Notes under the pieces: model-generated
What the model saw: the letters and a program-made list of their open reading frames with translations, nothing else
Databases searched by the model: none
Told to the model about the DNA's origin: nothing
Shown: one piece after another, positions 35,350 through 42,933 of the stretch
Layout of the letters: each line of letters opens with the position of its first letter
Numbering within the stretch: the first letter of the stretch is position 1
Source: Thermoplasmata archaeon
Lineage (GTDB): Archaea > Thermoplasmatota > Thermoplasmata > Halarchaeoplasmatales > Halarchaeoplasmataceae
Direction: 5' to 3'
NCBI GenBank assembly: GCA_019594305.1
Contig: JAFDTZ010000001.1
Coordinates: 1 to 45,617, forward strand
DNA length: 45,617 nucleotides
Translations under genes and position numbers: made by a program

Positions 35350-36420
35350 TCACTGGCGGGGGCCTGCGGCATCGAGCATACGATTGAATAGATTGTAACA
35401 ATCTTCTATCTCGTCTTCGTACCCGTTCCTCAACAGGCCGACATCTATACGGGTAGGTTTCGAATTCTCCAAAAAGTCAATGAGGGTCTCCTTCGAACGA
35501 TCGAATATATCTTCGATGAATTCCGGCCTGTCGTGGAGTACGGACCTGCCGAATACTGAAAGGTACTTGAATGAGTTTCCCCCGTACCTTTCAATCTCAT
35601 CCGTTTCCGAGATCATTTTCAAAAATGAAACACCTATAAGATATGGAATACCGATGACCTTTTTCATGACTTTGTCATGATCCTTTGCATCGATCCTGAG
35701 TAGTTCGAAACCCATAGGCTGGAAGACGGACCTTACGACTTCGGCATCGGCCTCCCTTCCCTCTACCGGTATGATGACCACTCTTTTACCTTCGAGGTTT
35801 TTTGAGCCGCAGCCGAACATGGGATGTACACTCGCCACCTTTACGGAATCGGGAAATTCATTGTAGATACCGAGTACTTCATCCTTAAAGGTGGATATAT
35901 CGAAAACCGCTTTTTCATCGCCGGAAACCGCCATGTCCGCAAGCTCTTCGACTATTCCGGGTACGGTATCCGTCGGTGTAGCTATCATTATAAAATCGCA
36001 TCCCCTGTAAAGCTCGCTTATCGAAGAGTAACAGTGGAATTCATCCGTAATATTCATGGTATCGTAAAGGGCCACTTCCATCTTCATGGAGAATTCTTCC
36101 GCCAGTAACTTACCCATCCTACCGTATCCGATGATACCCATCTTCTTATTACTGAGGTGACTAGCATCCGTACTGCTCATGCTCGCCAATTCTTCTCTCT
36201 TGGTCTTGCTGATTATGCGATCAAATATGTCCCTGTATTCACCCGCTCTTTCTAATACCTTCATCTCCCTGCCCAGGTCTTCGACGGATATATCCCTTAA
36301 GGCCTTCATCTCGCCTATCTTACAGCCTAACTTAACCCGTTTATCGAGTAACTCGATTATCGCCTCGTCTATCTTGTCGATCTCTTTCCTGAGTTCATAT
36401 ATCTCTTCCAACTGGAACAC
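35350..36420 (-). CDS. Bifunctional chorismate mutase / prephenate dehydrogenase (TyrA-like)
   Basis: N-terminal CM type 2 helix LRKEIDKIDEAIIELLDKRVKLGCKIGEMK, followed by the Rossmann motif MGIIGYGRMGKLLAEEF of prephenate dehydrogenase. Confidence 0.8.
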   Translation of the reverse strand: MFQLEEIYELRKEIDKIDEAIIELLDKRVKLGCKIGEMKALRDISVEDLGREMKVLERAGEYRDIFDRIISKTKREELASMSSTDASHLSNKKMGIIGYGRMGKLLAEEFSMKMEVALYDTMNITDEFHCYSSISELYRGCDFIMIATPTDTVPGIVEELADMAVSGDEKAVFDISTFKDEVLGIYNEFPDSVKVASVHPMFGCGSKNLEGKRVVIIPVEGREADAEVVRSVFQPMGFELLRIDAKDHDKVMKKVIGIPYLIGVSFLKMISETDEIERYGGNSFKYLSVFGRSVLHDRPEFIEDIFDRSKETLIDFLENSKPTRIDVGLLRNGYEDEIEDCYNLFNRMLDAAGPRQ

Positions 36421-36487
36421 CTTGGGACTTCAGATAAACAATTCTATATCTATTTTTGGCTGCCCCTTGTTTGATACAATACACGGT

Positions 36488-37297
36488 TCAACCGGTAGAA
36501 GTGACTATATTTTGAGATGCCTTCATCCACGGATCCAAATCGCGCATGAGCTGGTGAAAATCCTCGAACCTTAGACTCTGTTTTCCGTCACATAATGCAT
36601 TTTCAGGTTCCGGGTGTACCTCGATCATGATACCGTCAGCCTCGATAGCCACAGCTGCCTTTGTAAGGGGTGTGATTAGGTTTCTGTTCCCTGCGGCATG
36701 GGATAGATCAACAACTATGGGCATGGAACAGCGTTCCTTTACCACAGGTACCGCCGAGATGTCAAGAGTGAACCGTGTAGAGGTCTCGAAGGTCCTTATG
36801 CCTCTTTCGCAAAGTATCACTTTCTCGTTCCCTTCGCTGATGATGTATTCGGCCGACTGGAGCCATTCATCTATTGTGTTACCGAAACCTCTCTTCAACA
36901 ACACCGGTTTGTCCGTCCTTCCCACTTCCTTTAAAAGGTCGAAGTTCTGGCTGTTCCGAGCTCCGATCTGTAATATATCTATGTACTTACACAAGAGCTC
37001 TACCTTCCTAGTGTCCATCACCTCGCTCACCGTGGGTAAACCGTATCTTTTGCCCGCATCGCTGAGCCATTTTAGGGCCTTCTCCCCATGGCCCTGGAAC
37101 GAGTAGGGTGACGAGCGCGGCTTGAAGGCTCCTCCTCTGAGAACATCCACGCCTATTTCCTTCAGAAAGCTTGCGGTTTTCATTATCTGTTCTTTACTTT
37201 CCACAGAACAAGGTCCGGCGATCAAGACGATATTTTCTCCGAACTTGACACCACCGACCTTTACCGCTCTCCTCTCATTTTCGATCTGGTTGTTCAT
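36488..37297 (-). CDS. 3-deoxy-7-phosphoheptulonate (DAHP) synthase, type I-beta
   Basis: IAGPCSVESKEQI ... LRGGAFKPRSSPYSFQG ... LLKRGF ... IMIEVHPEP is the KDO8P/DAHP I-beta pattern. Confidence 0.88.
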   Translation of the reverse strand: MNNQIENERRAVKVGGVKFGENIVLIAGPCSVESKEQIMKTASFLKEIGVDVLRGGAFKPRSSPYSFQGHGEKALKWLSDAGKRYGLPTVSEVMDTRKVELLCKYIDILQIGARNSQNFDLLKEVGRTDKPVLLKRGFGNTIDEWLQSAEYIISEGNEKVILCERGIRTFETSTRFTLDISAVPVVKERCSMPIVVDLSHAAGNRNLITPLTKAAVAIEADGIMIEVHPEPENALCDGKQSLRFEDFHQLMRDLDPWMKASQNIVTSTG

Positions 37298-37758
37298 CTA
37301 TCTTTCACCTCTTCGTTGTCTTTTTTTATTATATCCCGTATCATCTTTCCGTACGATGTAAGGGTCACCGGGACAGGGTCGTCCCTGCAGCCATAGTCTA
37401 TAAGGTAAAGATCTTTCAGTATACGGGCATTAAGTTTGAGGGTAGATACCGGTATATCGTATCTGTCACAAAGGTGGTTGAGCAATTTGTTAAGGGACCT
37501 TTTATCACCGTTAATATGCTCTAGTAGGAATCTCTGGTTATCGTTCAAAGCCCTTAAGAATAGATTTCTAAATACTTCAACGTGCTCTTCGGCGCTACCC
37601 TCTAGCGGGGCAACAGATATTGGCGGGGCATCACGACCGTACTCTTCTCGAATTGGCAGGGCATCACTATCACTTATATCACAAACAAAAGGGCTTATAT
37701 TTAAATCATTGGATTGGTCAACCGGTCTATAAGGTTTCATGGTAACACTTCGGTACAT
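37294..37758 (-). CDS. Small protein with a C-terminal winged-HTH-like domain, putative regulator
   Basis: RSLNKLLNHLCDRYDIPVSTLKLNARILKDLYLIDYG resembles HTH plus wing. ATGA stop/start overlap with the DAHP synthase gene (37294..37297). Confidence 0.5.
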   Translation of the reverse strand: MYRSVTMKPYRPVDQSNDLNISPFVCDISDSDALPIREEYGRDAPPISVAPLEGSAEEHVEVFRNLFLRALNDNQRFLLEHINGDKRSLNKLLNHLCDRYDIPVSTLKLNARILKDLYLIDYGCRDDPVPVTLTSYGKMIRDIIKKDNEEVKDR

Positions 37759-38056
37759 ACCATAAATTTTTCTTTCAATAACGCAGTTGATCTTTGAAGT
37801 ATCACGTATGTTTCCAGACAGTTTTATCCCCCCTATCCGTTCTAAAGTTGAGTGACCATAGAACCGGTCATAGCTCAGAACTCGGCCAAACTAAATCCCT
37901 TCTTGTCATAAAGTCATCTAGCACTATGTACTATTTAATACTTGCGTGTACAAATACGTACAATTCATGAAGGCAAAACCATACGAAAACCACACTCCAT
38001 CTAGGCCGATTTTACCAAAAGTATATATAGACCCCCCTTACGCCCTTTACATATAG

Positions 38057-38239
38057 GTGTTTGATATGAAAGAACCCATATGTTCCATTGAGATAACCAA
38101 AGACTCGGGCCTCCTCAAGGCAAAGGTCCAAAGCAACAAGGGAAGGTACGTAGAGATAGAGAACCATGATCTAGATTATCTTCTGGAAATGGTATACCAG
38201 GATATATCGATGGAGATAGACGAAGATGAATACTGGTAG
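38057..38239 (+). CDS. Small acidic hypothetical protein (57 aa from ATG 38066)
   Basis: TATATATA at 38022..38029 and AGGTG at 38055..38059, 6 nt before ATG 38066. No recognisable domain. Confidence 0.45.
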   Translation: MFDMKEPICSIEITKDSGLLKAKVQSNKGRYVEIENHDLDYLLEMVYQDISMEIDEDEYW

Positions 38240-38252
38240 ATCTTTCTAATCT

Positions 38253-39266
38253 TCAAAGAGATGTTAAGGTTGAGCTTCGAGGGTCGAAGTGCAGGGTTTC
38301 CGGTACCTCCAGTCCTTCTTCCACCAGCCGGAGGACTCTCTCCTTCTCACCTGGCAGCTCGTAACCGTTGAAGGAAGTGTCGAACAAAAGAGTTCCATCC
38401 ATGTTTCTCCAACCGTTCAAAAAGTGGTCAAAACATAGTACTGAAGATACTTCCAATCCATCCACCATCATACCTATCTCCTTTAAACGCTGATGAGGCG
38501 AAGTCATAACGAACTCTCCGTTGATCCGAAGTTTGTGTAGTTCGGTAATGGGATGGACGGTAAGAGGACGCATCCTTATGTAGTCGGGGTCTATACGGTT
38601 CAGAACTTTTGCGGTGTTCACGGCGTGTTCTTTCCATCTCTCTTTACCGCCCAGACCAGGTATCACGTACTCGGACAGTTCAAAACCCGCCTCCTTTGCT
38701 TTTCTTCCCGCCTCTACATGCTGTTCTGGAGTCACACCCTTGTTCATGAGTTCAAGGACCTCGTCATCCCCACTCTCCAGCCCCACGTGAAGTCTGGTCA
38801 AACCGGCATCCTTGATACTTTTCAACTCTTGGATGTCTTTTCTGACTATCGTATCCGCTCTTGCATAGGAAGTGATCCTCTCGAGGGAAGAAAAACAATC
38901 CACAACATATCGAACTATCTCCACCAATCGGTCTGTCGGCACCATGAGAGAATTCGAATCTTGTAGAAAGGCCGTTCTGCCGCCACTCCGGTACCAGTTT
39001 CGGACCATGTACAGCGTTTGGTAGTTAATCTTGTCCGTGTCCCCTCCGTTCACCAGCATGTCCCTTACGATCTTTACGGTGTTTATATCACTCTCGACTT
39101 CACTTACATCCCTTATACTAAATTTTTTATCACGGTAAAAAGGACAGAAAGCACATCTGTTCCAAGGGCAGTTACGGGTGACCCTGATAAGTAACGAACC
39201 GGCACTTCCTTCGTTAGGTGGTCTTATCGGCCCTAGTTCCAAAGAGTACTTTTCCGGGTCTTTCAT
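38253..39266 (-). CDS. Radical SAM protein, Elp3/HemN-like core without an accessory domain, function unknown
   Basis: IRPPNEGSAGSLLIRVTRNCPWNRCAFCPFY, with CX4CX2C spacing as read. GLESGDDEVL is a typical rSAM barrel motif. Confidence 0.7.
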   Translation of the reverse strand: MKDPEKYSLELGPIRPPNEGSAGSLLIRVTRNCPWNRCAFCPFYRDKKFSIRDVSEVESDINTVKIVRDMLVNGGDTDKINYQTLYMVRNWYRSGGRTAFLQDSNSLMVPTDRLVEIVRYVVDCFSSLERITSYARADTIVRKDIQELKSIKDAGLTRLHVGLESGDDEVLELMNKGVTPEQHVEAGRKAKEAGFELSEYVIPGLGGKERWKEHAVNTAKVLNRIDPDYIRMRPLTVHPITELHKLRINGEFVMTSPHQRLKEIGMMVDGLEVSSVLCFDHFLNGWRNMDGTLLFDTSFNGYELPGEKERVLRLVEEGLEVPETLHFDPRSSTLTSL

Positions 39267-39326
39267 GATAACGGAAAATCCAACGAAGGCTATATTATTT
39301 ACGGAAGGAAGTCGGAGATCAGGCCT

Positions 39327-42209
39327 TCAGTCGAACCTAAGGGCCTCGGCAGGTGATACTCTGCTAGCCTTCCGAGCACTAGGTATGGCGGTCAGGAGCA
39401 TGGCCAAGTAAGCTATGATACCTATGGTTATGATGGAAGTCCAGGGGATATAGAAATTCCAACCCATGGGCTCGAAGCCGTCGTACCATAATAACCATCC
39501 TACGCCTATACCCAGCAGAGAGCCGAGTACTATGCCCGTGATGGTTACGAAGGAATTTTCGATCAGGAAAACATACCTTATCATACGTCTTTTGAATCCG
39601 ATGGCCCTCATCATTCCTATCTCCAGCCGTCTTTCGTGTACCGCTCTTAAGCTGATTATACCGAGACCCGCTATACCTACCACCAGTCCTAGACCCATGT
39701 ATCCGCTGAATAGGTTGAAGAACATGAACTGTGCACTCATCACTTCTCTGAAGACGGTATCGATCACGATAGGCTGGAAGCCGTACATTATGAATTCCCT
39801 CTCCATATCACGACCGAGTTGGTCCGGATCCACCTGGTCGCCAACGCTCATGAAAAAGAGATTGTTGGCTGTGATGTTGAAATCGGTTTCCGCAGCTTCC
39901 TTGGAGATGAAGTAACCATTGACTATGAACTGGTCCATGAACCCTATGACCCTTTTTTCTATGGTTATCCCGTCGCCGTCTACGAATGTGACGGTCGAAT
40001 TGAGCTGTACCGCATCCGGCATGGGCGGGCCGAAATCGTCACCGGGATCATTGGTTACCATCAGCGTGGGATCGGACATGACGGCCTCCCATACCTCTTC
40101 AACGGAATCGTAATCGTCAAGATATTCGGTAAAACCAAAGGTGTTATTGTTTACAAAATTACGGTCCACCGCTATGATGGAATCCATACCTCTGGTACCG
40201 TCCTCGCTTATGGTGGTCACCATACCGATGGAGGCGGAATCGATCTTTCGGAAATCGTTTATGTTAAGGTCACTTTGCATTATATCCTGTTGTATATCAT
40301 CTATCGGCCGGTCCCATGCGGTGAGAGCAAGTATCTGATAACCTCCGGACTGCTCCTCGATCATCCTGTCTATGTTGGTGTCGAATATACCGACGATCAT
40401 GCTCATCACGATTATAGCGAAGATGATAAGTGCGAAGATGAACATGGTCATACCTGTTCTGAATTTTTCCTTCAACGGATGGGATATAGCGGACAGTACA
40501 ACGGCCTTGGAACCCTTTCCGGAGCCCGAGGCTTTCTCCAATACACCCGTGATAACCGTTCCGTTGAGCATGATTATCAGTATACCGGCGGTCACTAGGA
40601 AAAGGCCTGATAGTATGAACATCTCCAAACCTGCGGAATAATCCTCGAAAACCGGTATTACTTCCGGAGGGAGGAACCACCATACCAGCAGAAATATGCC
40701 TACACCCGTATAAGCTATCCTGTCACTAACCCATCTTCTCGAGATGGTGCCGATACCAATTATCACCAGGGATACGCCGGTAACCGGTAGCCAGAGTTGG
40801 TTAGAGCCCATACCCGCCAGGGTCATAACCAACCCCAGAAACAAACCGGCTACGGAAAGATAAACTAGTTTTTTACTCTTCCTGGATACGGGCGGTTCCG
40901 GTATCTCTCTTATGGCCCTTACTATGTTCAACTTCGAGATGCGGTTGACCGAAAACAGTATGGTTACCATGGTCAGCAGGAAACCAGCGCTGAATGCCAT
41001 GATCAAACTCTGAGAGGTGAAATTAAAGAAGGATAGCAAAGATATCTCGCCGCCAAAGACAGCAAATATATCTTCAAGCAGGTAGAAGATTATGTAGGCT
41101 ATACCTACCCCCACGAAGGTGCCTATAAGGGATGCGCCTCCGGCGTAAAATATGCCCTCGTAAGAAAATAATCTTCGCAGATGCTTTCTCTTCATACCTA
41201 TGGCCCTGCTCATGCCCATCTCGGATTTCCTTTCCTCACCCAGCATGACGAATATGTTTATAGTCAAAATGATAGCGGCTATTATGACGAAGGAACCGAA
41301 TACGAAGAACAAATCGGTGAACATGGACATCATGTCCTTGAATCCGGTCATAACCTCGTTCTTGTTGCCCCTCGCCTCGAGCACCCGATACTCGGGTTCT
41401 TCCTCCAATATCCCCTCTATGTCCTCAAATATCTGGTCGCTGTAACGCAGTCCCCCCTCCACACCGCTCACGGAGGTTACACGTATGTAGTTTACTTGTC
41501 CCGGGATACCGAATGCCATCCGGGAGTCGTTAAGGTTCATTATCACCTTTTCAGGACCGTTGAAGGCCGCTCTACCGTGGCTGTCGATAATGTACCTTAC
41601 CGTGTAAAACCGCCCCTGGGGATATCCTAGTGAAAATATGTACAGCTCATGACCCTCTTCAACCTCCAGATCATCCGCCAGTTTCGTGTCGATGAATATC
41701 TCACCGTCGTCAAGATATGGCTCGAAGGGTTCACCATTCGTGGTAAAATCACCGAATTTGTCGGATTCGTGAAGGTCCATGCCCATGGTGCGGGTATCAG
41801 AGCTTGACAGCAGTGAGTCGGGATTGAATACGGAAACCCTCCCGTGGACTTCACCTACCACGTCGCCCACGTTGTCCACCTCCATTATATCTGACTTCAG
41901 CTGAAGGTAGGTGCTATGGTTTACAGGTACGTAATTTCCCTGGACCGTCGTGTTGTACACCGTCACATCGGTTTCCTGCCAATCTCCGAGTATCTCACTC
42001 TCGATCCAGTTATCCATGGTATCTCCCACACAGAAAGATGACGAGATTATAGCCGTGGCCACCAAAAGCCCCAGTATCACTATGATGGTATCGGTCTTCC
42101 TTCTGAAGATATTTCTGAACCCCATCTTGAAAAGGACCCTATGCCGCATGGCGTCTATTGCGACCACGGCGACTACTATACCGATAATCAGCAGCATGGT
42201 GCCCATCAT
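39327..42209 (-). CDS. ABC transporter permease, MacB/FtsX type with two FtsX modules and large extracytoplasmic domains
   Basis: FRNIFRRKTDTIIVILGLLVATAII start motif. Two 4-TM FtsX-like blocks, each preceded by a ~250-aa soluble domain. Located 6 nt downstream of the ATPase gene. Confidence 0.8.
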   Translation of the reverse strand: MMGTMLLIIGIVVAVVAIDAMRHRVLFKMGFRNIFRRKTDTIIVILGLLVATAIISSSFCVGDTMDNWIESEILGDWQETDVTVYNTTVQGNYVPVNHSTYLQLKSDIMEVDNVGDVVGEVHGRVSVFNPDSLLSSSDTRTMGMDLHESDKFGDFTTNGEPFEPYLDDGEIFIDTKLADDLEVEEGHELYIFSLGYPQGRFYTVRYIIDSHGRAAFNGPEKVIMNLNDSRMAFGIPGQVNYIRVTSVSGVEGGLRYSDQIFEDIEGILEEEPEYRVLEARGNKNEVMTGFKDMMSMFTDLFFVFGSFVIIAAIILTINIFVMLGEERKSEMGMSRAIGMKRKHLRRLFSYEGIFYAGGASLIGTFVGVGIAYIIFYLLEDIFAVFGGEISLLSFFNFTSQSLIMAFSAGFLLTMVTILFSVNRISKLNIVRAIREIPEPPVSRKSKKLVYLSVAGLFLGLVMTLAGMGSNQLWLPVTGVSLVIIGIGTISRRWVSDRIAYTGVGIFLLVWWFLPPEVIPVFEDYSAGLEMFILSGLFLVTAGILIIMLNGTVITGVLEKASGSGKGSKAVVLSAISHPLKEKFRTGMTMFIFALIIFAIIVMSMIVGIFDTNIDRMIEEQSGGYQILALTAWDRPIDDIQQDIMQSDLNINDFRKIDSASIGMVTTISEDGTRGMDSIIAVDRNFVNNNTFGFTEYLDDYDSVEEVWEAVMSDPTLMVTNDPGDDFGPPMPDAVQLNSTVTFVDGDGITIEKRVIGFMDQFIVNGYFISKEAAETDFNITANNLFFMSVGDQVDPDQLGRDMEREFIMYGFQPIVIDTVFREVMSAQFMFFNLFSGYMGLGLVVGIAGLGIISLRAVHERRLEIGMMRAIGFKRRMIRYVFLIENSFVTITGIVLGSLLGIGVGWLLWYDGFEPMGWNFYIPWTSIITIGIIAYLAMLLTAIPSARKASRVSPAEALRFD

Positions 42210-42215
42210 TGAACA

Positions 42216-42914
42216 TCAAACTCCTTTAGTACAGTTCCTTTTGATAAGTCCGCTTTCCATGCGGATTATCCTTTCCGCCCTCTCGGCCACCCTGTCCTCG
42301 TGGGTCACTAGAACCATTGTATGTCCGTTTTTCTTGTTGAGCTTGCACAGTATGTCCATTATCATGTCCGAGGTTTCAGTGTCAAGATCACCGGTGGGCT
42401 CGTCGGCCCAGATGATGTCGGGTTCGTTCACTATTGCCCTGGCGATGGTCACCCGCTGACGCTCGCCTCCTGAGAGTGCCGAAGGTCTGTGGTCGTACCT
42501 GTGGCTCAACCCAACCATATCCAGTGCCTTTTTTGCTTTTTCTTTTGCGTACTTTGATTTTCCCGCCAGCAGCAGAGGCATCTCCACGTTTTCGACGGCG
42601 GTGAGCACGGGTAACAGGTTGTAAAATTGGAACACGAAGCCCATGTTCAACGCCCTGAGCTCGGTTTTTTTGTTATCCGACAGAGAGTTCAAATCCTTAC
42701 CGCCTATCCACACCTTGCCGTTGGATATATCATCCAGACCGGAGAGACAATTCAACAAAGTTGTCTTCCCGCATCCCGAGGGGCCCATCATGGCCACCAT
42801 CTCACCCTTGGCAATTGATATGTCCACGCCCCTTAGAGCGTGTACCCTGACCTCGCCTTCGTAGTACTTGTGTAATCTTTCCGATCTGATCATTATCTCG
42901 GTCATCTTGAACAC
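42216..42914 (-). CDS. ABC transporter ATP-binding protein (MacB/LolD-like)
   Basis: Walker A GPSGCGKTT, signature LSGGERQRVTIARA, Walker B IIWADEPTGDLD. Confidence 0.93.
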   Translation of the reverse strand: MFKMTEIMIRSERLHKYYEGEVRVHALRGVDISIAKGEMVAMMGPSGCGKTTLLNCLSGLDDISNGKVWIGGKDLNSLSDNKKTELRALNMGFVFQFYNLLPVLTAVENVEMPLLLAGKSKYAKEKAKKALDMVGLSHRYDHRPSALSGGERQRVTIARAIVNEPDIIWADEPTGDLDTETSDMIMDILCKLNKKNGHTMVLVTHEDRVAERAERIIRMESGLIKRNCTKGV

Positions 42915-42933
42915 TTCTTTTTACTGACAAAAT

